Of a stretch of DNA of 64,000 nt, positions 1-10,567 are shown one piece after another. The stretch spans positions 129,185-193,184 of the forward strand of contig JBDRKW010000020.1 of assembly GCA_043813585.1 (NCBI GenBank), given 5' to 3'. This DNA is from Candidatus Kerfeldbacteria bacterium. GTDB taxonomy: Bacteria; Patescibacteriota; Patescibacteriia; UBA9570; XYC2-FULL-38-9. Below the pieces are notes generated by a model that saw only the letters and a list, made by a program, of their open reading frames with translations, made no database searches and was not told where the DNA came from. Every line of letters begins with the position of its first letter. Position 1 is the first letter of the stretch. The translations under genes and the position numbers were made by a program.

Positions 1-66
1 CTTAAAGCGGATGTGCGCCCATAACGTTAATAAAAAAATGATTTTCGATTACTTGATTACACGCAT

Positions 67-1143
67 ATGAAAACAAAGCTATTCACCATCTCAATTCTTC
101 TGGCGTCGGTTGCCCTTGTTGGCCAATCCTGCGGTTCTGTTGCAGACGGAGGGATTTTTATCTCTTCCGATGTGGGTGAGCAGTGGGAGCAAAAGGTGTA
201 TATCGGACAGGAGGGAAGAAAAACAGTTACCATCGGAGGTGTTGATGTGGTAACGATAGAAGTTGACCCGAAATTACCGGGCAACGTGTACGTTGGCACT
301 AAAGAAGACGGCCTGTTCAAGTCCGACAGCAAAGGCGAATCGTGGTGGCAACTGGGCATCGCGCCCGATAAAATTCGCGACGTCGCGGTCAACCCGGTCG
401 ATTCGGGAATTGTGTATACCATTCGCGGATCAGACATCATTAAATCGGCTGACTTTGGAAATAATTGGGAAATTGTATATACAGATACGCAAGGTGCGCT
501 GATTACGCGTATTGCGATCGATTGGTTCAAACCAGACCGCATATTTGCGACAACATCGATCGGCACGATTTTACTGAGCGAAGACAATGGGGCAAACTGG
601 CGCGTCTTATACCAGGTGGACGAACCCATTCTTGGCTTTCTCATATCATACGAAGACAGCCGCGTCCTTTACGTACTCGAACTTGATAAGGCTATTCATA
701 AATCAACGGATGGCGGCAATACCTGGGTCAACCTTTATAACGAGGAGTTTGACGCGGACTTTCATCGGGCGGCTCAGGTAAAAACGTTTGCGATGGATGC
801 AAATAATGCAGATACTCTGTATGCAACTTCAAAAGAGGGTCTCATTAAGACCACTAATGGGGGTGGCAACTGGGAATTCGTAAATACCTTAATCGAACGC
901 GGGGCTGATGAAAATGCGGCGATTTCTGCGGTTACAACCATTCCGGGACAGCCGGATACGCTCATTTTCGCAGTTGGCAGGATTATCCATAAATCTATTG
1001 ACGGTGGAAGAACTTGGAAAACCATTGAAAATTTTCCCTCACAACGCTCAATAACGTACATGGTTGTGGATCCGGAAGATCCAAATAGACTTATTGCTGG
1101 CGTTGAACAGCCAGAAAAGGAACAGAGAGGGTTGATTCAGTAA
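67..1143 (+). CDS. Secreted BNR/Asp-box repeat protein (Ycf48/sortilin-like beta-propeller)
   Basis: N-terminal signal peptide (MKTKLFTISILLASVALVG). Repeated S/T-x-D-G-G-x-T/N-W motifs (STDGGNTW, TTNGGGNW, SIDGGRTW, SEDNGANW) typical of BNR/Asp-box propellers. Confidence 0.6.
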   Translation: MKTKLFTISILLASVALVGQSCGSVADGGIFISSDVGEQWEQKVYIGQEGRKTVTIGGVDVVTIEVDPKLPGNVYVGTKEDGLFKSDSKGESWWQLGIAPDKIRDVAVNPVDSGIVYTIRGSDIIKSADFGNNWEIVYTDTQGALITRIAIDWFKPDRIFATTSIGTILLSEDNGANWRVLYQVDEPILGFLISYEDSRVLYVLELDKAIHKSTDGGNTWVNLYNEEFDADFHRAAQVKTFAMDANNADTLYATSKEGLIKTTNGGGNWEFVNTLIERGADENAAISAVTTIPGQPDTLIFAVGRIIHKSIDGGRTWKTIENFPSQRSITYMVVDPEDPNRLIAGVEQPEKEQRGLIQ

Positions 1144-1157
1144 TTAAAGAACAGACT

Positions 1158-1694
1158 ATGTTTGAAGAAAAAGCAAATAAAGCAATTGAAAACCTAAAAA
1201 CCGAATTGGCAGGCCTGCGAACAAGCCAGGCGACTCCGACACTGGTTGAGCGCATTACTGTAGATGCATATGGTTCTCCAATGCAGCTCCAGGAGCTTGC
1301 CAGCATTAGCGCACCTGAGCCCCAGCTGCTTGTTGTTCAGCCGTGGGATAAAAACCAGATGAAGGCGATAGAGTCGGCGCTATCAGACAGTGATTTAGGA
1401 ATTAATCCCGTTGTCGATGGAGAGATCATTCGTATTGCATTTCCGCCGCTCACTGAAGAAAAACGGACAGAAATGGTGAAGGTGATGAATGACAAAGTTG
1501 AAGACGCCCGCATTGCAGTAAGAAAAATTCGTGAAGAGCATTTAAAAAATCTAAAGAAACTGCAAAAAGACGGTGACCTTTCCGAGGACGATTACTTCCG
1601 TCAGGAAAAGGAAGTTCAGGACACCGTAGACAGCGTAAATAACACCATCAAAGAAGTGGCAGAGGCAAAGGAAAAAGAACTGATGACCGTATAG
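1158..1694 (+). CDS. frr: Ribosome recycling factor
   Basis: 178 aa. N-terminal profile (MFEEKANKAIENLKTELAGLRTSQATPTLVERITVDAYGSPMQL) matches RRF; it sits directly upstream of rseP as in many bacteria. Confidence 0.9.
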   Translation: MFEEKANKAIENLKTELAGLRTSQATPTLVERITVDAYGSPMQLQELASISAPEPQLLVVQPWDKNQMKAIESALSDSDLGINPVVDGEIIRIAFPPLTEEKRTEMVKVMNDKVEDARIAVRKIREEHLKNLKKLQKDGDLSEDDYFRQEKEVQDTVDSVNNTIKEVAEAKEKELMTV

Positions 1695-1698
1695 GCAG

Positions 1699-2832
1699 AT
1701 GGGAACAGCGACAACAATCCTGATATTTATTTTGGTACTAAGCGTTCTTGTGTTTGTTCACGAGCTGGGTCATTTTGTAGCTGCAAAATTATTTGGCATA
1801 CGAGTTGATGAATTCGGTTTTGGCTTTCCTCCTCGAATTTTTGGTAAAACGATAAAAGGAACGCTGTATTCGCTAAACTGGATACCGGTTGGAGGCTTTG
1901 TAAAAATTAAGGGAGTTGCCGGAGATGATAAGGATCTTCAAAAAAATGAAGGTGACAGCGACAGCTTCGCTAACCGGCCGTTTTATAAGAAGTTCATTAT
2001 TTTATTTGCCGGTATATTAATGAATGGATTGCTCGCTGTGCTATTGTTTACAATAACCTTTGTCGTCGGCGTTGCGGCATTGCAGGATGATGTGCAGCCC
2101 GGCGGTACTATTCTGGAAAGCGCTATTATAGTATCAGCGATTGTACCGGAGGGTTCGGCTGCACAAGTAGGTCTGCAAATAGGGGATGCAATACAACGCA
2201 TTAATGAGGAGGAAATTGAGTCATCAGAAGCTCTTCAAGAATATACCTCAAGCAGCGCTGACAAGACCCTCACACTGGAGGTGAAACGGGATAAAGAAGT
2301 GTTTGAAGTTGATGTCATACCAAAAAAAGTCGAACTCGACGGGTATGAATATATTGGGATTGGCGTTGGATTTCAGGAGGTTGTAAAGGTACGATATTCC
2401 TGGTATCAGGCGCTATGGATGGGCACGACGACGACAGGGCAGGTCATCGCGGAAATTGGTATTGCGCTAGTGGGTATTATGAAGAGCGTTTTCACAACAG
2501 GTTCCGTGGGTGAGGATGTGGCCGGTCCGGTGGGAATCGCGGTGCTGACCGGACAGTTTGCGCGCATGGGATTTATTCCGCTATTGCAATTCACAGCGCT
2601 ATTGTCAGTAAACCTGGCAATCTTTAATTTCCTTCCAATACCGGCACTCGACGGCGGACGCCTGATATTCGTGGTACTTGAGCGCATCCGTAGAAAGCCG
2701 GTGAATCAGCAGATTGAAGCGATGATCCATAACATCGGCTTTATATTGCTGCTCATATTCGTACTATTAATTACGTTAAAAGACGTTTCGCAATACAATT
2801 TGGTCGGTTATCTGCGCGGCTTTTTTTCTTGA
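1699..2832 (+). CDS. rseP: RIP site-2 zinc metalloprotease RseP-like
   Basis: HELGH zinc motif in the first TM helix (VFVHELGHFVAAK), a central PDZ-like segment, and the C-terminal LDGG motif (FLPIPALDGGRL). Confidence 0.85.
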   Translation: MGTATTILIFILVLSVLVFVHELGHFVAAKLFGIRVDEFGFGFPPRIFGKTIKGTLYSLNWIPVGGFVKIKGVAGDDKDLQKNEGDSDSFANRPFYKKFIILFAGILMNGLLAVLLFTITFVVGVAALQDDVQPGGTILESAIIVSAIVPEGSAAQVGLQIGDAIQRINEEEIESSEALQEYTSSSADKTLTLEVKRDKEVFEVDVIPKKVELDGYEYIGIGVGFQEVVKVRYSWYQALWMGTTTTGQVIAEIGIALVGIMKSVFTTGSVGEDVAGPVGIAVLTGQFARMGFIPLLQFTALLSVNLAIFNFLPIPALDGGRLIFVVLERIRRKPVNQQIEAMIHNIGFILLLIFVLLITLKDVSQYNLVGYLRGFFS

Positions 2833-2865
2833 CAAAACCGTACAATTATTGTGTTCAGCTAATTA

Positions 2866-2895
2866 TTGACAGTAGAGAGATTCCTCATGTACTAT
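2866..2895 (+). promoter_or_regulatory. Sigma70-like promoter upstream of mreB (TTGACA-N18-TACTAT)
   Basis: TTGACA at 2866-2871 and TACTAT at 2890-2895, about 15 nt upstream of the mreB ATG. Found by motif only. Confidence 0.4.
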
Positions 2896-2909
2896 GAGTC
2901 AGCTATTTT

Positions 2910-3962
2910 TTGAATATGTTCAATAATCTATTCGGTTCATTATCCAAAGATCTTGGCATTGATATCGGTACTGCCAACACCCGTGTCTACGTAAAAGACA
3001 AGGGTATTGTTGTGAATGATCCGTCAGTTGTTGCCATTAATACCCGCAACGACCAGATCATAGCGGTCGGGCAGGAAGCCCGTCAGATGATCGGCAAGAC
3101 GCCTCCGCATATCATAGCTTCGCGGCCATTGGTTGACGGCGTTGTTTCTGATTTCGAAGTAGCCGAGAAAATGCTGAAGTACTTCATTGATAAGGTGCAT
3201 CGAGAGACATTTTCCGTCATCCCGCGGCCGCGAGTCGTTATTTCCATACCCCTGGACGTTACAGAGGTGGAGCGCAAAGCTGTCGAAGACGCAGTTATGA
3301 GTGCAGGCGCGCGCGAAGTGTTTCTCATTGAAGAACCAATGGCGGCCGCAATAGGTTCGCGCGTTCCGATTGAGGATTCAACCGGTCACATGATTGCGGA
3401 TATTGGTGCCGGTACGACATCTATCGCAGTCATCTCTCTCGGAGGCATCGTTTCCTGGCGGTCGATGCGACAGGCAGGAGACGAGTTAAATAAGAATATC
3501 ATCAATTATATTCGCGACCATTTCAATATTCTTCTGGGTGACAGAACGGCGGAAGATGCAAAAATGATGATCGGCACGGCGCTTGAGGATGATGAAGTGC
3601 TTGAGGCGAAAGTACGCGGACGCGATATGATCTCCGGGTTGCCGCGTGAAATTGTCATTACCAGTAATCATCTTCGTGAAGCCACGGCCCGCTCCATTAA
3701 TGCGATGGTCGATAATATCAAGTTGGCGATTGAGGCGACGCCACCGGAATTGGTTGCTGATATTTATGAAAAGGGGATATTGCTCTCAGGCGGGACATCT
3801 CTTCTGCGACACCTGGATAAAAAGATCTCAAATGAAATTTCAATACCGGTAAGCGTCGTGGATGATCCTCTGACTGCAGTTGTCCGCGGTACCGGGATCG
3901 TCCTGGAGGATATTGACGCGGCGAAGGAACTGTTTCTTACATCCCCGTCAGATCTCGAATAA
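2910..3962 (+). CDS. mreB: Rod shape-determining protein MreB (actin homologue)
   Basis: DLGIDIGTANTRVYV phosphate-1 motif, an actin-fold ATPase profile throughout, 350 aa. Confidence 0.9.
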   Translation: MNMFNNLFGSLSKDLGIDIGTANTRVYVKDKGIVVNDPSVVAINTRNDQIIAVGQEARQMIGKTPPHIIASRPLVDGVVSDFEVAEKMLKYFIDKVHRETFSVIPRPRVVISIPLDVTEVERKAVEDAVMSAGAREVFLIEEPMAAAIGSRVPIEDSTGHMIADIGAGTTSIAVISLGGIVSWRSMRQAGDELNKNIINYIRDHFNILLGDRTAEDAKMMIGTALEDDEVLEAKVRGRDMISGLPREIVITSNHLREATARSINAMVDNIKLAIEATPPELVADIYEKGILLSGGTSLLRHLDKKISNEISIPVSVVDDPLTAVVRGTGIVLEDIDAAKELFLTSPSDLE

Positions 3963-3970
3963 CGCTTCAT

Positions 3971-4795
3971 ATGAAGTTTGAGCCACTGAAGTACCTGCGG
4001 TCAAAGACATGGATAGCGCTTTCACTCTGTGTACTCGCGCTTTTTTTGCACTACACAAATTTGGCGCGACCGTTTGAAAATATTCTTATCCGAATGATCC
4101 AGCCGGTCCAGGCTGCCGTATTCAAGGTGAGCCAACTGGATACCATCAGTGGAGTATCAGATGCCGAGTACGGTGGCATGACGCATGACGAACTGGTTGA
4201 AGAAAATAAACAGCTGCGCGATCAGGTAAATAACTTACGCGTTGACAATGCGCATCTTCGAACGCTTGTGGATGATATAACACTACTGAAAGAGCAAGTG
4301 GATTTCCTTGAAAAACGCTCTTTTGCATCAGTGACCGCAAAAGTGACCTCCCGCTCGACAGAAACGCTCTCTCAAACGCTCATTATTAACCGCGGCAGTG
4401 AAGATGGCGTGGCAGTAGGATTGCCGGTAATCGCTGACAATGGAATTGTCGTCGGCACGATAGCAGTTGCGGATCCATACTCAGCAGAAGTACTGTTAAT
4501 CACCAGTTCGGACTCGCTCATCAGCGGAATTGTACAAAACGAGGAACGGAGCCAGGGTATCTTAAAAGGAGAGCATAATATCTCTCTTGTAATGGATTAC
4601 ATTCCGGAGCCTGATTCAATAAAACCGTCTCAATCAGTTGTGACAAGCGGAGCGGATCCGAGCATCCCTAAAGGGCTCGTTATTGGTGAGATTCAGGAGG
4701 TGATTCAGGAGCCGGGATCATTGTTTCAGCGCGCAGCCATTCTGCCGTATTTTGACCCCGCTGCCATGACCATCGTTTCAGTATTGCTACCATAA
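3971..4795 (+). CDS. mreC: Rod shape-determining protein MreC
   Basis: N-terminal TM followed by a coiled coil (NKQLRDQVNNLRVDNAHLRTLVDD), then a beta-rich domain. Position immediately after mreB. Confidence 0.8.
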   Translation: MKFEPLKYLRSKTWIALSLCVLALFLHYTNLARPFENILIRMIQPVQAAVFKVSQLDTISGVSDAEYGGMTHDELVEENKQLRDQVNNLRVDNAHLRTLVDDITLLKEQVDFLEKRSFASVTAKVTSRSTETLSQTLIINRGSEDGVAVGLPVIADNGIVVGTIAVADPYSAEVLLITSSDSLISGIVQNEERSQGILKGEHNISLVMDYIPEPDSIKPSQSVVTSGADPSIPKGLVIGEIQEVIQEPGSLFQRAAILPYFDPAAMTIVSVLLP

Positions 4796-5340
4796 TGCGA
4801 AACTATCTCATTGAACTATGGTGGGTAATTGCGCTAGTACTTCTCGCCGTCATACAAATATCGTTCATTTCAAGCTCGATCCTGCTGCATTACGGAATGC
4901 AAGCTGTGCTTGTTGCTGCAATTATGGTTGCAGCGTATGAACGACCTATGCGGGCACTTTTTATAGCGTCCATTGCCGCGTATATCATGGATCTCAATTC
5001 GGCGTTGCCGTTTGGTATTGTCTTAATTGCCACTGTCGGCGGAGTCGTGCTGTTCCTCTTTTTGAGGCAGAATGTCTTTAAAAATCGTGCACTGCACTCG
5101 CTTGTCATAGGAATGTGTGCGGCGACAATTGCATACCATCTTCTGTTTTTCATGGGGGTCATTTTCTCGCAGTGGTCCGGCACGGTGGAACTATCTGCAT
5201 TTCAATCCCTGGAGTACATCCGTTTTGCGGGCATACAAACGCTTTCACATGCCGTTATCGGCATTATTCTTTATTATGCGATTCAGGTGAGCATCAGGCT
5301 TACTCCGGCAGTGGCTAACCGCAGAAAATATGTCGCGTAA
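4795..5340 (+). CDS. mreD: Rod shape-determining protein MreD (polytopic membrane protein)
   Basis: 181 aa, entirely hydrophobic with 5-6 TM helices. Start overlaps the mreC stop. Called from its position between mreC and PBP2. Confidence 0.55.
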   Translation: MRNYLIELWWVIALVLLAVIQISFISSSILLHYGMQAVLVAAIMVAAYERPMRALFIASIAAYIMDLNSALPFGIVLIATVGGVVLFLFLRQNVFKNRALHSLVIGMCAATIAYHLLFFMGVIFSQWSGTVELSAFQSLEYIRFAGIQTLSHAVIGIILYYAIQVSIRLTPAVANRRKYVA

Positions 5341-7273
5341 GAATCCATTCGAGATCTACGAGGCAGACAACAAGAAGGGAAGTATGCGGACCGGATCGAT
5401 GTCCGGGACTATTATCGATTGTGTCCCTCCGAATCAGCCGGTTCACGGGGAACAGATGAAAAAATCTGCAATGCAGTACTCTTCCCGCAACGCAGTTATC
5501 GTGGCTGTGCTGATGCTTTTTATCATATCAACGCGCGCGTTTTATCTGCAGATACTACAGAACGAACGCTATATCAATCAAGCGGAAGGCAACAGGACCC
5601 ATACAACAGTCATTAAAGCCCTTCGCGGCGTTGTGTATGATCAGAACGGGGTGCCTCTGGTTAGGAACATTCCAAGTTTTCGCTTGATGATAACGGCGCG
5701 GGAGTTACCGCATCGCAGTGATCAGGATTATGAACAGGTGCTGGAATCAATCCAAAGTATATCTGACCTTGGCGACGATGAGTTTAATGAACGGCTGCTC
5801 CGGTCCTTTCAGTCCGGCCAGCCTGTAGAGTTGCGAACCAATATTTCATATAATGACGCGTTACCTCTTATGATTCAAGCACAGCACATTCGCGGTGCGA
5901 GCGTTGAGACGTTCTATGTTCGCGAGTATCTTGCCGGCGAGCCATTTGGCCATATTATGGGGTATATGTCGAAGCTGACAGAAGATGAATACGAAGAAAA
6001 CAGAGATAACGGTTACCAATTCAATGACGATATCGGTAAAACAGGCCTCGAGGCATCCTATGAAGCTGAATTGCGCGGCAGGGACGGCCTTCATAAGAGC
6101 GAGGTTGATTACCGCGGCCGTGAAATTTCAGTCATGTCGGATAGTCGTTCTGAAGCCGGCTTTAATCTGAAACTATCGATAGACATAAATCTCCAGGAAT
6201 ATATCTATAATCTACTTGGCAATGCAGTTGAATTACAGGGGTTGCCCGGAGCAGCTGCCATTGCGCTTGATCCAAATGACGGAAGCGTTCTTGCTCTTGT
6301 GTCGTATCCTTCATTTGACAGCAACGTGTTTACGGGCGGCATATCTCAAAAAGATTATGATGAACTGATCCGGGATGAGAAAAATCCTCTTTTTAACAGA
6401 TGCATCGCCGGTACCTATCCGTCAGGATCCGTATTTAAACCAGTTGTTGCCGCCGCTGCTCTGGAGGAAGGCGTCATAACCGCGAGCACGTCCGTATTCA
6501 GCAGTGGAGGCATACAAATTGATCAGTATTTCTACCCTGATTGGAAAGCAGGCGGCCACGGGGACACAAATGTTATTAAAGCTCTTGCAGAATCAGTAAA
6601 TACCTTTTTTTATCTTGCCGGGGGCGGCGACAACGAAACAACGACAGGTCTCGGCGTTGAGCGCATCACCGGCTACGCGAAGCAATTCGGCTTATCGGAG
6701 CCGTCAGGCATTGATCTTGCCGGAGAGCAGAGTGGATTCCTGCCATCGAAAGCATGGAAGGAGGAATACAAAGATGAGCAGTGGTATATTGGCGATACCT
6801 ATCATCTCGCAATCGGCCAGGGCGACATCCTAGCCACTCCGATACAAATTGCTAATTATACGGCTGCGTTTGCCAATGGCGGGACATTGTTCCGTCCGCA
6901 TATTGTACATTCAATTACCACCCAAAACGATGAACTTGTACGGGATATTGAGGCAGATCCTTTGAGCACGAGTGTAGTTTCTGCGCAAACAATACAGACG
7001 GTTAGGCGCGGACTGCGCGAAGCCGTGTTAACAGGCAGCGCGAAGCTGCTTCAAAGCCTCCCTGTTTCAAGTGCCGGGAAAACCGGTACTGCGCAGTTTG
7101 GAGACGAAGAAAAGACGCATTCCTGGTTTACGGCGTTCGCGCCATATGAAAAACCTGAAATTGTCATCACTGTACTTGCAGAGGAAGGCGGGGAAGGCAA
7201 TGAGACGGCGCTGCCACTTGCACAATCCATTCTTCAGTACTATTTTTCACCTCCGGAAATCGCGGTAGAATAA
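5330..7273 (+). CDS. mrdA: Penicillin-binding protein 2 (elongasome transpeptidase)
   Basis: N-terminal TM, PBP dimerisation domain, and the transpeptidase motifs SVFK (GSVFKPVV), SxN and KTG (SAGKTGTAQF). Last gene of the mre operon. Confidence 0.85.
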   Translation: MSRKNPFEIYEADNKKGSMRTGSMSGTIIDCVPPNQPVHGEQMKKSAMQYSSRNAVIVAVLMLFIISTRAFYLQILQNERYINQAEGNRTHTTVIKALRGVVYDQNGVPLVRNIPSFRLMITARELPHRSDQDYEQVLESIQSISDLGDDEFNERLLRSFQSGQPVELRTNISYNDALPLMIQAQHIRGASVETFYVREYLAGEPFGHIMGYMSKLTEDEYEENRDNGYQFNDDIGKTGLEASYEAELRGRDGLHKSEVDYRGREISVMSDSRSEAGFNLKLSIDINLQEYIYNLLGNAVELQGLPGAAAIALDPNDGSVLALVSYPSFDSNVFTGGISQKDYDELIRDEKNPLFNRCIAGTYPSGSVFKPVVAAAALEEGVITASTSVFSSGGIQIDQYFYPDWKAGGHGDTNVIKALAESVNTFFYLAGGGDNETTTGLGVERITGYAKQFGLSEPSGIDLAGEQSGFLPSKAWKEEYKDEQWYIGDTYHLAIGQGDILATPIQIANYTAAFANGGTLFRPHIVHSITTQNDELVRDIEADPLSTSVVSAQTIQTVRRGLREAVLTGSAKLLQSLPVSSAGKTGTAQFGDEEKTHSWFTAFAPYEKPEIVITVLAEEGGEGNETALPLAQSILQYYFSPPEIAVE

Positions 7274-7276
7274 TTA

Positions 7277-7305
7277 TTGACATCTAAGTTGTTGTATCGT
7301 ATTAT
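7277..7305 (+). promoter_or_regulatory. Sigma70-like promoter upstream of greA (TTGACA-N17-TATTAT)
   Basis: Consensus -35 TTGACA at 7277-7282 with 17-nt spacing to TATTAT at 7300-7305, about 30 nt upstream of the greA ATG. Confidence 0.5.
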
Positions 7306-7334
7306 ATCACCCGTCAACTTCTATTTTTTATTTT

Positions 7335-7802
7335 ATGGAACAGAAGACCATCTACATCACAGAGGAGGGCTTAAAAAAGCTCAAAGACGAGCTGCACGGC
7401 TTGAAAACCGTTAAGCGCAAGGAGATCGCGGAGCGTATACAGGAAGCGAAGGAATTGGGCGACCTCTCTGAAAACGCCGAATATATTGAAGCTAAGGAAG
7501 AGCAGGGGTTTATCGAATCCCGCGTATTGGAGCTGGAGCAAATGATCAAGAATGCAGAAGTCATATCACATCCGACAAACGACGACATCATCCAGATTGG
7601 ATCTGCATTTACCGCCACGAGCGACGCAGGCCTGACTGTTTCATTTTCTATTGTTGGCTCATCTGAGGCCGACCCTTCAAAGAATCTCATTTCCAACGAA
7701 TCACCGCTTGGCCAGGCATTTCTTGGCCACAAAACGGGCGAATCAGTAACTGTTGTTACGCCAAAAGGCGATACGGTCTACACAATCGAATCCATCAAAT
7801 AG
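7335..7802 (+). CDS. greA: Transcription elongation factor GreA
   Basis: 155 aa, N-terminal coiled coil (ITEEGLKKLKDELHGLKT...REIAERIQEAKELGDLSENAEY) and C-terminal FKBP-like domain. Confidence 0.9.
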   Translation: MEQKTIYITEEGLKKLKDELHGLKTVKRKEIAERIQEAKELGDLSENAEYIEAKEEQGFIESRVLELEQMIKNAEVISHPTNDDIIQIGSAFTATSDAGLTVSFSIVGSSEADPSKNLISNESPLGQAFLGHKTGESVTVVTPKGDTVYTIESIK

Positions 7803-7803
7803 C

Positions 7804-9288
7804 ATGACGTTGCCAGAAAGCGAAAGCGAACTCCGAAAGAAGAAAGTCGGGGCGCTTCGCAAAAAAGGAATAAATCCCTATCCATCCAAGGCTGAACACA
7901 GCAGTAGTGTTGGTCTTTTTATTGACATGTTCGGTGACCATGAAAAGAAAGGCGATACGGTCATACTCAGCGGACGAGTCATGCTCATGAGAGCGCACGG
8001 AAAAATCACATTTGCGCATGTGGCCGACGAGACAGGGAAAATTCAGGTTGTTTTTGCCAAACAGGATATGGGCGACGATGCATATGCATTTGTTGCCGAG
8101 TATATCGATGTAGGTGATATAGTGCAGGTAAGCGGGACGGCGTTTGTCACAAAAAAAGGTGAGCAGTCGCTTCTTGTACAGCAGGCGACACTTCTCTCAA
8201 AAGCAATCAACCCACTGCCTGATAAATGGCATGGAATCAAAGACGAAGAGGCGCGATACCGAAAGCGCTATCTGGATATGCTGATGAATCCGGAACTTCG
8301 GGATATGGTTCGCAAAAAAAGCATGTTTTGGAACGCTGTTCGGGATTTTTTACAGAATGAAGGATTTCTTGAGGTTGAAACCCCTGTCCTGGAGGCTGTT
8401 GCCGGAGGTGCTGATGCCCAACCGTTTGTTACACATCATAATGCATTGGATATCGATCTATTTTTGCGCATCTCGATGGGCGAACTGTGGCAAAAACGGT
8501 TAATGGTAGCCGGATTTGATAAAACATTTGAGATCGGAAGGCAATTCCGCAATGAAGGGATCAGTCCTGAGCATCTGCAGGATTACACGCAAATGGAATT
8601 TTATTGGGGCTACGCTGATTATGAAATGGGAATGGAACTGGTTGAGCGCATGTATAAGGAATGCATCAATAAAACATTCGGTACGCTGAAGTTTTCAATC
8701 AAAGGTATGGACGTCGACTTGTCCAAAAAATGGGACCGCATTGATTACGTTGACGCGTTAAAAAAAGCATACAAACTTGACGTGTTGCAGGCGACGGAAA
8801 ATGAACTGCGGACTGCATGCAACAACGCCGGTTCAAGTGCTGACGGCGTCGTGGGCAAAGGAAGGCTCATGGATCTTTTATGGAAGCAGGTAAGAAAAAC
8901 AATCACCGGACCCGCGTTCCTGGTCAACCACCCGGTTGAAGTGTCGCCGCTTGCCAAACGAAAAGAAGACAATCCGGCATTGGTTGAACGATTTCAGGTC
9001 ATTATCGCCGGCAGTGAGCAGGGAAACGGGTATTCAGAGCTGAACGATCCCATCGATCAGCGTCAGCGTTTCGAAGAGCAGACAGAATTGAGGGAAGCCG
9101 GGGATACGGAAGCGCAAATGCATGATGAAGATTTTGTGGAGGCGCTGGAATACGGCATGCCGCCGACATGCGGATTTGGTATGAGCGAGCGGCTGTTTTC
9201 ATTCCTCATGGATAAGCCGATTCGGGAATGCGTAACATTTCCTCTCTTACGGCCAAAACAAGACGATAACAAAGACAATAATGCTTGA
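7804..9288 (+). CDS. lysS: Lysyl-tRNA synthetase (class II)
   Basis: Start chosen at MTLPESE because the ORF otherwise overlaps greA. OB anticodon-binding domain plus a class II core (RNEGIS..HNPEFT-like, GGADAQPFVTHHNALD, FEIGRQFRNEG). Confidence 0.9.
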   Translation: MTLPESESELRKKKVGALRKKGINPYPSKAEHSSSVGLFIDMFGDHEKKGDTVILSGRVMLMRAHGKITFAHVADETGKIQVVFAKQDMGDDAYAFVAEYIDVGDIVQVSGTAFVTKKGEQSLLVQQATLLSKAINPLPDKWHGIKDEEARYRKRYLDMLMNPELRDMVRKKSMFWNAVRDFLQNEGFLEVETPVLEAVAGGADAQPFVTHHNALDIDLFLRISMGELWQKRLMVAGFDKTFEIGRQFRNEGISPEHLQDYTQMEFYWGYADYEMGMELVERMYKECINKTFGTLKFSIKGMDVDLSKKWDRIDYVDALKKAYKLDVLQATENELRTACNNAGSSADGVVGKGRLMDLLWKQVRKTITGPAFLVNHPVEVSPLAKRKEDNPALVERFQVIIAGSEQGNGYSELNDPIDQRQRFEEQTELREAGDTEAQMHDEDFVEALEYGMPPTCGFGMSERLFSFLMDKPIRECVTFPLLRPKQDDNKDNNA

Positions 9289-10567
9289 TATTAAATATAT
9301 TCGCGACCATGCGGAAGATGTGAAGCTGAATGCAACGCATCGCAACATTGATGTTGATATTTCTCTCCTGCTGGAACTCGATGAGCAGCTGCGCAGCCAT
9401 GTACAGCAGGTAGAGCAGCTGCGTGAGGAACGAAATACGAACGCAGAAGCGCTGAAAGGAAGCGAAGATAAAGAATCAAAGGTAGCAAAGGAGCATATTC
9501 AGCGCGGCAAGGAACTGAAAAAGGAAATTGCTGCCAGTGAAGCCGAAATCGAAAAACTTCGCGCAGAATTGCAGCCGCTGCTGGAAGCTGTTCCCAACCT
9601 GACGCATCCGGGCGTGCCTGTCGGCAAAGATGATGCTGATAATAAAGAACTCAAACAGATCGGCGCAATCCCGGAATTTGATTTCGAGATCAAGGACCAT
9701 GTCGAATTAGGCAAATCGCTCGATATCCTTGATTTTGACCGCGGTTCGGAAGTCGCCGGTTCTGGCTTTTACTTTGTGAAGAACGAAGCGGCAGTCATGG
9801 ACCTTGCACTCCAGCAATTTGCGTTCGACCGCTGCCGCGCCAACGGATTCACTCCGATGATCACGCCGGACATTGCATACCAAGAAATCCTGCGCGGTAC
9901 AGGCTTCAATCCAAGGGGGGATGAAAAGCAGATCTATAATATTGAAGGGACGGATTTATCCCTTATTGCAACATCAGAAATCACCGTTGCCGGCTATTTC
10001 AAAGACCGCATCTTCAAGAAGGGCGAACTGGATGCGCCGATAAAAATCGTCGGCCTCTCGCACTGTTTCAGGACAGAGGCGGGTGCGTACGGCCGTGAAT
10101 CACGCGGATTATATCGCGTCCACCAATTCACAAAAGTGGAGATGTTCATTATTTGCAAACCGGAAGATTCGGAAGCGCAGCATGAACATCTGCTGGAGAT
10201 GGAAGAAGAAATATTGCAGGAACTGAAAATCCCGTATCGCGTTGTTGACTGCTGCACCGGCGACCTGGGCGGGCCGGCGTTCAGAAAATACGACATTGAA
10301 GCATGGATGCCGTTCAAGGATTCCTGGGGTGAGGTTACCTCAACATCAAATTGTACGGACTACCAGGCGCGCAGGCTGAACATCAAATATGAAGCAGGTT
10401 CCGGAAAGAAGGAATACGTACACACACTTAACGGAACAGCCGTAGCGCTATCGCGCGTTCCAATTGCAATCATAGAAAACTTCCAACAAAAAGACGGGAC
10501 AGTCGCTATTCCGGATGCACTCCAACCGTATACGTTCGGCGTGACGGCAATTGAATTGAAGAGCTAG
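9281..10567 (+). CDS. serS: Seryl-tRNA synthetase
   Basis: MLDIKYIRDH start, N-terminal coiled-coil arm, class II motifs (GFYFVKNEAA, HCFRTEAG, GTAVALSR). Confidence 0.9.
   Translation: MLDIKYIRDHAEDVKLNATHRNIDVDISLLLELDEQLRSHVQQVEQLREERNTNAEALKGSEDKESKVAKEHIQRGKELKKEIAASEAEIEKLRAELQPLLEAVPNLTHPGVPVGKDDADNKELKQIGAIPEFDFEIKDHVELGKSLDILDFDRGSEVAGSGFYFVKNEAAVMDLALQQFAFDRCRANGFTPMITPDIAYQEILRGTGFNPRGDEKQIYNIEGTDLSLIATSEITVAGYFKDRIFKKGELDAPIKIVGLSHCFRTEAGAYGRESRGLYRVHQFTKVEMFIICKPEDSEAQHEHLLEMEEEILQELKIPYRVVDCCTGDLGGPAFRKYDIEAWMPFKDSWGEVTSTSNCTDYQARRLNIKYEAGSGKKEYVHTLNGTAVALSRVPIAIIENFQQKDGTVAIPDALQPYTFGVTAIELKS

Noticed and set aside
7352-7732. Many antisense or overlapping ORFs of 60-150 aa inside large genes (e.g. 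7352-7732 in greA, 35775-36107 in dnaE, 53119-55175 in carB, 46064-46594 opposite pyrE, 63065-63550 opposite nusG)
   Set aside because: They lie fully within well-supported conserved genes on the opposite strand or in another frame. They have low-complexity or Ser/Arg/Cys-rich compositions and no family signatures. Treated as shadow ORFs.
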